From NCBI GenBank assembly GCA_965217775.1, contig CBDCJH010000002.1, positions 1,216,001 to 1,280,000 on the forward strand: a stretch of DNA of 64,000 nucleotides. Direction: 5' to 3'. This DNA comes from Acidobacteriota bacterium. GTDB taxonomy: Bacteria > Acidobacteriota > UBA6911 > RPQK01 > JAJDTT01. This document shows positions 29,323 to 38,878 of this stretch, one piece after another. Positions within the stretch are counted from its first letter, which is position 1. The number at the start of each line of letters is the position of its first letter. The position numbers and the translations under genes are program-made. Under the pieces are notes generated by a model, which was not told the DNA's origin, did no database searches, and worked only from the letters and a program-made list of their open reading frames with translations.

Positions 29323-30168
29323 CTATTCGGGAGGCGGCTCCGGGTCCGGCTTGGAGTCGGCGGGTGCCTCAGGCACGGATTCCGCCTCCGACTCTGGCGC
29401 TGGCTCCGGTTGCGGTTCCGGCTCGCCGAGGACCTCCCCGAATTCGATCGAGGTCCCCACTTCGAACTTCTTGAAATTGGAATAGGTGATCAGTTCCCGG
29501 ATGTGTACGCGGCGGCTTCGTCTGAAGCCTCCGCCGAACACCAGGATGTCGTCCGCCTCGCTCCAGGTGGGGAACCAGTATTCGCCATCGACCTGTTGCC
29601 GGAGAGTCTCGAAAGCCGGGAACTTGTTGTTGCCCAGGTCCGGCACGGCTTTGCCCTTGGTCATCACGATCTGCAGGTCCAGGTCGTCCACCCAGATCCG
29701 TCCCCGGAAGTAACGCCTGCCGCGGCGGATCCGCTTCGGCTTCACGTCGAACACGTAGCAATTGAGTTCGTCCACCTGCTCCTCTCCCCGGTACTTGATC
29801 TCGTATTGGGGAAGATCCTCCGTGGTCAGTGCGAAGGGTTGCAGGTTGAGGGCGTCGTCGAGATCTTCGCGCGTCAGTATCAACGATTCGAGTCTCCCCC
29901 GGTCGTCCACGATGCGATGTTGGCGTTCTCCATCACTGGTGAAGAAGATCTCGATGGTCATCTCCCGCTCTTCACGCACGCGGCCGGTGCGGGTCAGGAC
30001 CTGAAAGCGAATATGTTGAGTGTAGGTGTACTGTTGCCAGACTTGGCGAAATTCCGATTCTTTCTGGGCGAAACGTTTGATGATCTCCTGGGGATCGACC
30101 TTCGCTCCGGCCCCGGATCCCGTGGCGAGGAAGAAAAGGAACGGCAATATGGGGGAATTTCTCTTCAT
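29323..30168 (-). CDS. Secreted conserved hypothetical protein (lipoprotein-sorting/LolA-like fold possible)
   Basis: Signal peptide; CYVFDVKPK...YFRGRIWVDDxDxQIV, FET.R.QVDG.YWFP; Pro/Glu-rich tail. Confidence 0.7.
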   Translation of the reverse strand: MKRNSPILPFLFFLATGSGAGAKVDPQEIIKRFAQKESEFRQVWQQYTYTQHIRFQVLTRTGRVREEREMTIEIFFTSDGERQHRIVDDRGRLESLILTREDLDDALNLQPFALTTEDLPQYEIKYRGEEQVDELNCYVFDVKPKRIRRGRRYFRGRIWVDDLDLQIVMTKGKAVPDLGNNKFPAFETLRQQVDGEYWFPTWSEADDILVFGGGFRRSRRVHIRELITYSNFKKFEVGTSIEFGEVLGEPEPQPEPAPESEAESVPEAPADSKPDPEPPPE

Positions 30169-30219
30169 GACACCTATTGGATGCATCGTCCCCCGAAAAG
30201 GGTCTCGATCACTTCCACT

Positions 30220-31206
30220 CTAACTCTCCCGGGGATGGGCCTTCAACAGGGAAAGCACCTCGTCCAGGGGAGGGATGCCGGCCCTGGCGCCGACTCGGGT
30301 GCAGGACAGGCTGGCGGCGGCGCCGGCAAAGAGGAGGCAACGCTCCACGCTCCAGTCCTGGAAGAGACTGTAGATGAACGCGCCGTGAAAGACGTCTCCG
30401 GCCCCGTTGGTATCGATGGGACGGACGGGGAAAGCCGGGAGCTGGATAATCCGGCCGTTCCAGATTGCGGCGGTCCCCTTCCGGCCCCGGGTCACGGCGA
30501 CGAATCCTCGGGTCCGCCGGGCCAGTTCCCTCAATCCCGACCTCCAGTCCTCATGCCCGGTGAAATTCCTGACGAATGCCTCACTCGGGATGAGAAAGTC
30601 GGTCAGTTCGACGACCTCCCGGATACCCGGCTGGACGTCGTCCACGTCCAGGGACACCTTCATTCCGGCCTCCCGGGCCCAGCGGGCAGCCTGGAGATTG
30701 GCATTCGGGTCGCAGCCGTCCAGATGCAGGAGCCGGCCGGATACGATCCACTCCCGTTTCAACTCTCCCTCGGCGTAGCGCAGTCTGCGGTCTCTGTGCC
30801 ATAAGACGGTCCTCTCACCGGTGAGGCGATCGACCAGGATGATGCCCAATTGGGTGGTTGCGTCGGGAACGATCCGGACGCAGGAGAGGTCCATGGGCTC
30901 CCGTCTGAGGTCCTGCAGCGAAAAACGGCCGAGATCGTCTCCGCCTACACTTCCGATGAACCTGGCCTTGAGGCCGTATCGTCCGCAGAGTGCCGTGGCA
31001 GTGGCCACTGGTCCGCCGCCCATCTGCACGACGTCGTCACACTCGATTCGGCTGCTATGGGCCGGGTATCGGGGGAGGAGGCAGACCCAGTCCACCGCAT
31101 CCATCCCCTGACCGATCACGTGGAAGGACCTGTCGCGGGGCCAATTAATGTCGAACGAGACGCTGTCGAGAGGACTGAGGGAGGGGTTCGGAGTTGCGCC
31201 GGTCAT
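30220..31206 (-). CDS. PfkB-family sugar kinase (sulfofructose kinase/ribokinase-like)
   Basis: GGGPVATA, GSVGGDDLG, LHLDG, DTNGAGDVFHGAF. Start placed at MTGAT. Confidence 0.88.
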   Translation of the reverse strand: MTGATPNPSLSPLDSVSFDINWPRDRSFHVIGQGMDAVDWVCLLPRYPAHSSRIECDDVVQMGGGPVATATALCGRYGLKARFIGSVGGDDLGRFSLQDLRREPMDLSCVRIVPDATTQLGIILVDRLTGERTVLWHRDRRLRYAEGELKREWIVSGRLLHLDGCDPNANLQAARWAREAGMKVSLDVDDVQPGIREVVELTDFLIPSEAFVRNFTGHEDWRSGLRELARRTRGFVAVTRGRKGTAAIWNGRIIQLPAFPVRPIDTNGAGDVFHGAFIYSLFQDWSVERCLLFAGAAASLSCTRVGARAGIPPLDEVLSLLKAHPRES

Positions 31207-31261
31207 CCGGGCGCCTTCCCGGTTTCGGTGGGCGGCAGGAGATTCACGACGGAATTTCCGA

Positions 31262-31924
31262 TCAGAGCAGGCCTTCGTCGGCGAAACTGAAGTACCGGTG
31301 GGGACCGATGATAACATGGTCCAGAACCCGGATCCCCACCACCTCGCCGGTAGCCACGAGGCGGCGCGTGATCTCACGGTCCTCCCGGCTGGGCGTCGGA
31401 TCCCCGCTCGGATGGTTGTGAGCCAGGATGACGCCGGCCGCCGCTTCCTCGATGGCCGGCCGGAAGACTTCGCGGGGGTGGACCAGCGACGAAGTCAGTG
31501 TTCCCTCGGAGACAGTCACCAGTTTCAGGGTGCGGTTCTTTCCATCCAGGAGCAGAGTCCAGAAACATTCCTTGAGAAGTCCCGGGACCAAACCCCGAAA
31601 ATGCCGGTAGACCTGGGCGCTGTTGTGCAGCGAATCGCCGGCCGCAAGAGGGACACTCCCCAACCGCTGGAAGAGGTGGGCTGCGGCCAGGAGTGCCTGG
31701 GTCTGTCTCCGGGTCATACCGGTCTGCCGGAGCAGGGAATAGCTTGCGCGTCGCAGGCGGCGGGTCGAACCCAGCAACTCCAGGATCCTCCGGGCCCGCG
31801 CCAGGGCCTGTTGATCCGAGTCCGTCGGAGCGAGCACCAACGCCAGCAGTTCCACATCCGAAAGTGAATTCCAGTCGGACTCGAAGAGTCGCTGCGCAGG
31901 CAGGGGCTCGGTGCTTCCACTCAT
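31262..31924 (-). CDS. radC: RadC (JAB domain) protein
   Basis: LSDVELLALVL, GTLTSSLVHPREVF, HNHPSGDPTPSREDR, LDHVIIG. Confidence 0.92.
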   Translation of the reverse strand: MSGSTEPLPAQRLFESDWNSLSDVELLALVLAPTDSDQQALARARRILELLGSTRRLRRASYSLLRQTGMTRRQTQALLAAAHLFQRLGSVPLAAGDSLHNSAQVYRHFRGLVPGLLKECFWTLLLDGKNRTLKLVTVSEGTLTSSLVHPREVFRPAIEEAAAGVILAHNHPSGDPTPSREDREITRRLVATGEVVGIRVLDHVIIGPHRYFSFADEGLL

Positions 31925-32009
31925 ATTCAATAACAACGATTCCGTCTGGCGATCGATGGAAAAAGATTTCGTGTGGAGACGCGTTTCGCTTTCTATGTCT
32001 TACGGTGAC

Positions 32010-32038
32010 TTGTGACGGAAGGGGGATGGTGGTATAGT
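32010..32038 (+). promoter_or_regulatory. Sigma70-like promoter of the RRM gene
   Basis: TTGTGA (32010-32015), 17-nt spacer, TATAGT (32033-32038) with an extended -10 TGn. Confidence 0.55.
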
Positions 32039-32160
32039 GATTCCAATCTGAATGACCTGCTCATTCCAATTGGTCTGACCCGCAAATCCGGGGTTTATTG
32101 CGTTGTTCGTCTTGGGGACCGACCGGCGTCCGGCGGAATTTCATTATCCAAGGAGTCCGA

Positions 32161-32472
32161 ATGAACAAGATTTTCGTTGGCAATCTGAGCTTCAGCGTCA
32201 GTGAGAGCGCTCTGGAAATGTTTATCCGTGAGTTCGAGGTAGAAGTCGAAGAGATTCGGATCATTCGAGATCGGTATACCGGACGATCCCGAGGCTTTGG
32301 GTTCGTCGAGTTGCGCGAGGGCCAGGATCTGGATGAAGTCATCTCCAAATTGCACGGAAGGAACCTGGAAGGGCGCGACCTGCGGGTCGACCGGGCCAAC
32401 GAGCGCAGCCGAAGGGACTCGTTCGGGGGCCGTAAGGACTCATATGGGGACCGGCCGCGACGCCGGTACTAG
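32161..32472 (+). CDS. RNA-recognition-motif (RRM) RNA-binding protein
   Basis: RNP2 KIFVGNLS, RNP1 RGFGFVE, Arg/Gly-rich tail; AAGGAG SD. Confidence 0.93.
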   Translation: MNKIFVGNLSFSVSESALEMFIREFEVEVEEIRIIRDRYTGRSRGFGFVELREGQDLDEVISKLHGRNLEGRDLRVDRANERSRRDSFGGRKDSYGDRPRRRY

Positions 32473-32491
32473 TGAGATTCTGCGGTGAGTC

Positions 32492-33142
32492 TCACCGCGA
32501 CGCTCGTCCCTCCTCACTTTTTTTCACGCTCACCGATACTCCGTCCCGAATCGGAATCACGGTAGAGAAATACTCTTCGCTGTCGAAAATCAACCGCGTG
32601 TATTCCAGAATCCCCCGGACGTTTTCGTCAGCGCCAGATTCCAGAACCCGTCCTTGAGACAAGAGATTGTCGGAGATCAGTAATCCGCCCGGCCTCAACA
32701 GATTCGAGGCTCGACTGAACACCTGCGGATACCGCGCCTTGTCCATGTCATTGAAGATGATGTCGAAAGGTCCGGAGACCTGCCCCAACGTCCGGAGGGC
32801 ATTCCCCTCTCGAAACCGCGTGCGGCAGGAGATCCCTCCCCGCTTGAAGTAACTCTCGGCGTCCCGAAGGTTCCGGGACGAGAAATCGGTCAGGGTGAGC
32901 TCCCCGCCAGGGCCTACGGCGGAGCCGAACCAGTAGCCGGAATATCCGAATCCCGATCCCAACTCCAGAACGCGTTTCGCTCCGCTGATCCTGGCGAGCA
33001 GAAACAGCAGACGGCCCACCAGAGGGCCGACGATAGGAAAGGATTCGACCGCCGCCCGGGACTCCATTTCCGCCAGGATCGAGTCTCGTGGGGGACAAGC
33101 CTGAAGCAAATACGCGTCAATGTCGGCCAGGAGCAGGTTCAT
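32492..33142 (-). CDS. O-methyltransferase (caffeoyl-CoA/MdmC-like family)
   Basis: FPIVGP.VG..L, VLELGSGFGYS, FDIIFND.DK..YP, LRPGGLLISDN, IPIRDG. Confidence 0.88.
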   Translation of the reverse strand: MNLLLADIDAYLLQACPPRDSILAEMESRAAVESFPIVGPLVGRLLFLLARISGAKRVLELGSGFGYSGYWFGSAVGPGGELTLTDFSSRNLRDAESYFKRGGISCRTRFREGNALRTLGQVSGPFDIIFNDMDKARYPQVFSRASNLLRPGGLLISDNLLSQGRVLESGADENVRGILEYTRLIFDSEEYFSTVIPIRDGVSVSVKKSEEGRASR

Positions 33143-33250
33143 CGGAATATGTTGGCATCTGGTTGCGGTGTGGACAACCGGGGGATCTGAGGAGCCGACA
33201 CACCGTTGGCGGTCCGGCGAAGTCGTCCGGGAGATAGTGAAACGTGCGAG

Positions 33251-35014
33251 CTATGGCGGCGAGCTGGTGGACGGTCCCGGGAGGTCCATGGCTGAGGCCA
33301 CCGGTGAAAAAATGGGATCATCCTCTCTCCAAGGGCGCCGACAGGGTTGCCGACGCTGGTAAAGCGAGAGATTCTCGGTCAGGAGTCGCGCCAGGTCGAA
33401 GCGTTGGTTCCGCTGCAGATCGGAAATCATGGCGCGTTGCATTTCGGCTGCCTGTTCAAACTGGCCCGTTTCGGCGAACGCCATGGCCAGAGTTTCGACA
33501 TATTCCAACTCAAGGTCGCCCTGGTTCTCAAACAAGCCTTTGAGGAGCTGCAAAGCTCTCATTCCGTTTCGGATCTTGGGGTCGGGCGAAGCGGCCAGCA
33601 ACCGGGCCACGGCGTGCGTCATGTCGGCGTGACCTGGAAATACCTGCAGCCCCTTCTCCAATAGGGACAGCGCCTCCTCATGGCGGCTCAATTGGACCAG
33701 AGACATCGCCCGCATGAAACGTGCCAGGATGCTCATTTGTTGGATTTGCCCGCCCGCATGGCTGCCGTCCGGGGTGCGGCTACCGAACCCGGAATCGAGT
33801 TCCATAACGGCCGTGTAGTGGGGAATGGCGTCGTGGTAACGCCGCAGACGCATGAGCAGATTGGCCAACTGAAAGTGGGCCTCCATAAACCCGGGGTTGG
33901 CCCCAATGGCGCGCTGATAGTGTTTGGCCGCTTCCTCTTCGGACTGCAACCCCATCAACGTGGTTCCCAGGTAGTAATGCAGCATGGGATTGCCGGGCGA
34001 GGCGCGCAACGCTTGAGCGTATTCCCGGACCGCCCCTTTGAGGTCCCCCATTCGGGCCAATGCCGAACCCAGATCGGTCAGCGGAACCGGGTTCTTGGGA
34101 TCCAGAGCCACCGAGGTGCGATATTCCTTGACGGCCTCGGCAAAACGTCCTTTTCCGAAAGCCCGCATTCCGCGGACCCAGTGGTGGCGCCAACCAGTGG
34201 TCAGATCGTCCAGGGCCTCCATCAGGGGATCGGGATAACCTGCCGTGGCGTGGCCACGCCGGAGCCGCTCCAACATGGCGACCTGCTGGAAGTGAGTCTG
34301 GGCTTGATCGAGTTCTCCCTGCTTTCGATAACTCATGGCCAACAGGTAGTGGATGTTGTTGACATCCGGTTGCAGCGCGAGTGCGGCTTCGAAGTAACGG
34401 ATCGCTTCCTTGGTATCGCGCCTTGAGGAAGCGATTTTTCCCATCCCGACCAGGGCCGGAGCACAAGCTTCGTCCAGTGCCAGGGCCCGCTCGAACAAAG
34501 GCCGGGCCCGGTTATGCCGGTTCAGGCTGAGGTGGCCTTCGGCCGCGCCCAGAATGGCCGGCACGTTGTCGGGTTGGTGTTCCAAAGCTCGCTGGTAAGC
34601 GGCGATGGACTTCTCGAGGTCACCCTGATTCTTGTAGATGTGGCCCAGATAGTAGGACCAGCGAAAGTCTGTTGGCGTCAGTGATTCCGCATTGAGATAA
34701 GAGGCCTCGGCCGCGCCCAGAAAATCCTGTACGTGGTAGAGCTTGCCCATCTCACCGTAGGCCTGAGAGAGTTCCTCCTTGCTGACCTCCCCCGCTTTCG
34801 CCATTGACTCCAGCTTTGCCCGGGTGTCTCTTATTCGTTGCTGTGCAGCGGGCTCCAGCCGGCTCAGATCCGGATGGGGAATCGGCCGATATGGATCATT
34901 CGAGTGGGGAACGGACGCGGATTCTCCAGTGACCGCGGTGGGTAGGACGCTCAGCCCGGCAAGAAACAGGGCGCAGACACGCAACAGGTTGAGGAGCGTC
35001 CTCGAATCACTCAT
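33251..35014 (-). CDS. Secreted TPR protein A (paralog of 52925..54652)
   Basis: Signal peptide, PIPHPDL motif, ~11 TPRs, C-terminal module ending PCRRPWREDDPIFSP. Start overlaps the CRTAC1 stop by 8 nt. Confidence 0.85.
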   Translation of the reverse strand: MSDSRTLLNLLRVCALFLAGLSVLPTAVTGESASVPHSNDPYRPIPHPDLSRLEPAAQQRIRDTRAKLESMAKAGEVSKEELSQAYGEMGKLYHVQDFLGAAEASYLNAESLTPTDFRWSYYLGHIYKNQGDLEKSIAAYQRALEHQPDNVPAILGAAEGHLSLNRHNRARPLFERALALDEACAPALVGMGKIASSRRDTKEAIRYFEAALALQPDVNNIHYLLAMSYRKQGELDQAQTHFQQVAMLERLRRGHATAGYPDPLMEALDDLTTGWRHHWVRGMRAFGKGRFAEAVKEYRTSVALDPKNPVPLTDLGSALARMGDLKGAVREYAQALRASPGNPMLHYYLGTTLMGLQSEEEAAKHYQRAIGANPGFMEAHFQLANLLMRLRRYHDAIPHYTAVMELDSGFGSRTPDGSHAGGQIQQMSILARFMRAMSLVQLSRHEEALSLLEKGLQVFPGHADMTHAVARLLAASPDPKIRNGMRALQLLKGLFENQGDLELEYVETLAMAFAETGQFEQAAEMQRAMISDLQRNQRFDLARLLTENLSLYQRRQPCRRPWREDDPIFSPVASAMDLPGPSTSSPP

Positions 35015-36764
35015 TCTCGCTGACGATCCGGCCGCTGCCCGCCTGTAGTGTCGTATAGCGGTCCACGGGGAGATCGATCCACTCTTCCACACCGCTGCCG
35101 GGCCAGGAGACGCGGACGGCTTTTACCCGGTTCCGGCTTCCCAGCCCGACCAACACCCGGGGATCGTTGGCGGAACCGTAGCTGCCGTCGGTTCTCACAC
35201 GCCGTAGCAGGGTGGGACCGTCAGGGAAGACCACTTCCACTCGGGCTCCCAACATGTCTCGTGGGATGTCTCCTCCCAGCAGTCTCAAACCCAACCAGTG
35301 ACGGCGGGTCCCCACGTTGTTGATGAGCAGCCGGGCCGGGCCGTTGTTGTTGACGATCAGCACGTCCACGTCTCCATCGTTGTCGATGTCCCCAAAGGCG
35401 CCGCCGCGGCTCACCTCGGAGAGCTTGAATACGGCTCCAGCCTGTTGGGTAACCTCCTCGAAACGTCCGTTTCCCAGGTTATGGAAGAGCTGGTTGGGCT
35501 GATGCAATGGATAGGGGTCTCGCAGTTTTTCCAGGGCCTCGATGGTCGCAACATCCCCGTGCAAGGCCAGAATGTCCAGCCAGCCGTCGTTATCGTAGTC
35601 CAGGAAGGCGGTCCCGAACCCGGTGTAGGGCATGCTCGCGACTCCCAATTCGCTCTCGAAGGTCTGATCTTCAAACCATCCCTGCCCATTGTTGAGGTAG
35701 AGCGTATTGGTTTCCCGGATCAGATGGGTCATGAAGAGATCTTCGTCGCCGTCGTTGTCCAGGTCTCCGGCGTCGACTCCCATGCTGGCCTCGGTTTTGC
35801 CGTCCCGGTTCAGGGCGCAACCGGCCACCAGTGCTTCTTCCCGGTAACTGCCGTTTCTCTGGTTGATCCACAAGTGATTGGGACGTTGATCGTTGGCGAC
35901 ATAGAAATCGATCCAGCCATCTCCATTGAAGTCGGCGCTCACGACGCCCAGGGCGCCGCCGTGCCTGGTGGCTACGCCGGTTTGGGAGGATACGTCCTGA
36001 AATCTTCCATCACCAAGGTTGCGATAGAACCGGTTGGACTGGGCCGGGTAACTCCGGGGCCCACAGTAGTCTATGGCTCCCGTACTGGAGTAGCACTTCT
36101 TGGGATTGGACAGCCGGTAGTCCACGTAGTTGCCCACGAACAGGTCCAGCCAACCGTCTCGATCGTAATCCAGAAAGGAGGCACTCACGCTCCACGCCGT
36201 ATCGGCGCCGTCACCCATGGGGACCTCGGTGAAGGTGCCGTTGCCGTTGTTCCGATACATTCGGTTCTTGCCGAAGTTGGTGACGTAGAGGTCGACCCAG
36301 CCATCGTTGTCGATGTCCCCCGCCGCCGCCCCCATTCCGTAGCCGATCGAAACGATTCCGCTCTGCGCGGTCACGTCGGTAAAGCGCAAGTTGGGCGTCC
36401 CGTCCGGGTTCACGTTCAAATCGTTTCGAAAGAGCCGGTCTCGGAGTGGAGGCTTTTCCGGCGGCGAAAAGAGGGCGTCGTTCAGTGTCTTGTCCGGTCC
36501 CAGCATCTGGCCTTGCACCAGGTAGACGTCCAGATCGCCGTCGTTGTCGTAGTCGAAGAGGGCGCCTCCGGGGCCCATCATTTCGCAGAAGTAATACTCT
36601 CCGGACATTCCGTTGAAGTGGCGGAAGTCGATTCCGACAGCCTGGGCGACGTCCTGGAACAAATCGGTGCCGGCGTCGCCAGTCTTGGATGGGTAAGCCG
36701 GTGACGTGCAGAACCCCAAGGTCGTGAGACCGATCAGCAGGATCAGCCGATTGAGTTGTGACAT
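35007..36764 (-). CDS. CRTAC1-family / ASPIC-UnbV FG-GAP (VCBS) beta-propeller protein A
   Basis: Repeated D(Y/F/I)D(N/R)DGxxD Ca-binding FG-GAP motifs, SRGGAFGDIDNDGD, C-terminal GARV..GSYGSAND....GLG...V.WP (ASPIC/UnbV). Start placed at MSQLN; the ORF-track extension runs into the MITE. Confidence 0.9.
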   Translation of the reverse strand: MSQLNRLILLIGLTTLGFCTSPAYPSKTGDAGTDLFQDVAQAVGIDFRHFNGMSGEYYFCEMMGPGGALFDYDNDGDLDVYLVQGQMLGPDKTLNDALFSPPEKPPLRDRLFRNDLNVNPDGTPNLRFTDVTAQSGIVSIGYGMGAAAGDIDNDGWVDLYVTNFGKNRMYRNNGNGTFTEVPMGDGADTAWSVSASFLDYDRDGWLDLFVGNYVDYRLSNPKKCYSSTGAIDYCGPRSYPAQSNRFYRNLGDGRFQDVSSQTGVATRHGGALGVVSADFNGDGWIDFYVANDQRPNHLWINQRNGSYREEALVAGCALNRDGKTEASMGVDAGDLDNDGDEDLFMTHLIRETNTLYLNNGQGWFEDQTFESELGVASMPYTGFGTAFLDYDNDGWLDILALHGDVATIEALEKLRDPYPLHQPNQLFHNLGNGRFEEVTQQAGAVFKLSEVSRGGAFGDIDNDGDVDVLIVNNNGPARLLINNVGTRRHWLGLRLLGGDIPRDMLGARVEVVFPDGPTLLRRVRTDGSYGSANDPRVLVGLGSRNRVKAVRVSWPGSGVEEWIDLPVDRYTTLQAGSGRIVSENE

Positions 36765-36860
36765 TGAACCGGGAAAGGATTCGTTGAGAGTCGTGATCTT
36801 AGCAGTCCGCGCACGATGCAGGGACAGTCGAATGCCGTGACGACTTTGGCCACGGGCTGC

Positions 36861-37025
36861 TAGGAGCCTGCGCGGCAGAAATTGATCTACTGCGAAAGCG
36901 GTAGAATCGGTCCATATTTCCTCGATTTCTCGGCGAATAGAACAACTATGCACCTCCAAATCGAGAAAATCTGGCCTCGATTCCCCACTTTCTCGCTACG
37001 ATCATTTCTACCGCGCAGACTCCTA
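36861..37025. mobile_element. 165-bp MITE, copy 1
   Basis: Imperfect terminal inverted repeats TAGGAGCCTGCGCGGCAGAAAT / ATTTCTACCGCGCAGACTCCTA, with CTAG at both ends; near-identical copy at 56490..56654. Confidence 0.85.
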
Positions 37026-38672
37026 GCCACCCTTGACTTGGAAGCTGTCTCCGACCTGAGTCCTGGCATCGTTGAGCTGATCCCAGGCTTGGACTTCCAT
37101 CCGGTAGGTTCCGGGTTCCAGACCCCTCAGGAGAAACCCCTTGACCAGGACCAGTCTCTCCGGCGAGAAGAACTGAATCGACTCCCCGTTGTTGTCGGTG
37201 GTTTCGTGAACGAGGTCGCCGCCGCGGCTGATTCGGTAACGCACCTGCAAATTGGGAGCATTGGAGGATTGATCCAAACCGAAATTGTACAAGTGCAGGT
37301 AAACCGCAAGAAGAGACTTCTCGGAAAAGCTCTTGTCCATGCTGGGCCGTATCTTGACGTCTCCCAAAACGAACATCTGGTTGTCTTCCGGTACCACGTC
37401 CAGCTTGCGGATGAAGTCGGAAAGAATGAGCGAACTGTTGCTTAGTTTCTCTCCTTCCTTCAAGCTCGGCGGAGGAATGATGGCTTGTTTGACGGCGCCG
37501 ATGTTGCTGCTTTCGATGTCCTTCACGACCAGATCGAGTTTATAGCGGGTCTTGTTGTCCAGAATCAGGACTTTCTGGTACATTGATCGACCCTGCAAAC
37601 TCCTCTCCAGCACCTCCGGTGCGTAGGAGATCACCAGTTCATCGTCGAATTCCTGGATCAGTTGATTGTCCAGGCTGGTCACGGCGCCATAGAGGCCGAT
37701 TCGAGCCGAATGCAAATTCCCTTTGCGCTTGAAGGTCATGTCCTTGTTCTGGAGCTGCAGGGTCACGGGAACCAGAATCTTCTGCCGGTTGAGCTTGAAG
37801 TAGTCGCTTCGAGCCTGGAAAGCGAGGTTTGAATAGCCGATGTTGATCTTCACCAACTCCTTCAGATCGTTGTACTTGATCTTTTTCGGGGTCTGTACGT
37901 TGGAAAAAATCTCGTACCGGTAGAAGGGGTTGTTTCTGAAGCTGCCGGTGTTGTAGGCGGGGTTGTGCCGTCCCGGAGAAAAATAAGGGCGATCCTCTTT
38001 TCGGGTGAGACCCACTTGCTCGGACCAGGTCAGGCCCTGTCCCGGCATGTGCAGCAGCGCATCCTTTTCTTCCGGATTGAGAGCCAGGTGGTAGTCCCCC
38101 GTGAAGGAGTTGTCCACGAATTCCAACTCGATGTCGTCTCCAATGCCCTCCAGGTGCCGGTAGCGCCACCGTTCGAATGGATAGACGGTCGTCTGTCCAC
38201 CACCCTGTTCGAATTCCCGGTCGTAGAAACTTCCTGCGGCATAGGACTCTATTTCGGCCGGTTCCCCGTGAATGATGTAGATTCTGCCCCGATCCGAGCG
38301 CCAACCCTCTTTGCCGGAGTGGAATCGCTCATTGGCATAGGCAATCCGCCGATAGTGTTCTTCCTTGAACTCGTTGAGCGCCGTCCGGGGATCGGGATCC
38401 CGCCGGCGCCAGAACTGTTCGATGAAGCGCTCCTTTTCGTCCTCCGTGGTCAGGCTTCCAAAAACCGACTTCTCCTCGTCCGAAATAATGTAGACGGCAT
38501 CCCGTTCCAGCCAGTTCTTGAAATAGTCCTCACTCTCCTCACGCCGGACGTCGGGATTGACTTTTTCCTTTTTCGCCATCGCAGAAATGGACAGCCCCAG
38601 CGACAGAAGCATCAGAAGGGGAAGGAATATATGGTGCACGGCTCTGAACCTTTGTTTCAATGGAGACCTCAT
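37023..38672 (-). CDS. GWxTD domain-containing protein
   Basis: W...D..YII..EE, FIEQFWRRRDP, EHYRRIAYANE.F, GWRSDRGRIYIIHGEP, FERWRYR. Start placed at MRSPL (ORF extends to 38750). Confidence 0.9.
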   Translation of the reverse strand: MRSPLKQRFRAVHHIFLPLLMLLSLGLSISAMAKKEKVNPDVRREESEDYFKNWLERDAVYIISDEEKSVFGSLTTEDEKERFIEQFWRRRDPDPRTALNEFKEEHYRRIAYANERFHSGKEGWRSDRGRIYIIHGEPAEIESYAAGSFYDREFEQGGGQTTVYPFERWRYRHLEGIGDDIELEFVDNSFTGDYHLALNPEEKDALLHMPGQGLTWSEQVGLTRKEDRPYFSPGRHNPAYNTGSFRNNPFYRYEIFSNVQTPKKIKYNDLKELVKINIGYSNLAFQARSDYFKLNRQKILVPVTLQLQNKDMTFKRKGNLHSARIGLYGAVTSLDNQLIQEFDDELVISYAPEVLERSLQGRSMYQKVLILDNKTRYKLDLVVKDIESSNIGAVKQAIIPPPSLKEGEKLSNSSLILSDFIRKLDVVPEDNQMFVLGDVKIRPSMDKSFSEKSLLAVYLHLYNFGLDQSSNAPNLQVRYRISRGGDLVHETTDNNGESIQFFSPERLVLVKGFLLRGLEPGTYRMEVQAWDQLNDARTQVGDSFQVKGG

Positions 38673-38878
38673 CGAGTCCGGCCCGGTGCAACCTAGTTTA
38701 GGCAAGATCCGATTGGGGATCAACGATGCGGATCGACCCACATCATCCACGATGACGTCGCCGCGACTTGACCGGTTTGTCCGTCAGCCCGCAGGATGGG
38801 TTCAGTGGCAGCAATTTTCAGCCAGCTCGAGGCAAACTGTGCTGTCGGAAATCTCTTTGTCTTGAAGGTGTTAAGAAG

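Noticed and set aside
31262-31924. radC as a marker of a prophage or ICE
   Set aside because: It is the long chromosomal form among housekeeping genes, with no integrase or phage genes nearby.
36882-37445. ORFs starting MIYCESGRIGP (also 56511..56849) and the MEVHSCS extension of CRTAC1-A
   Set aside because: They are readings through the non-coding MITE; no transposase motif is present.
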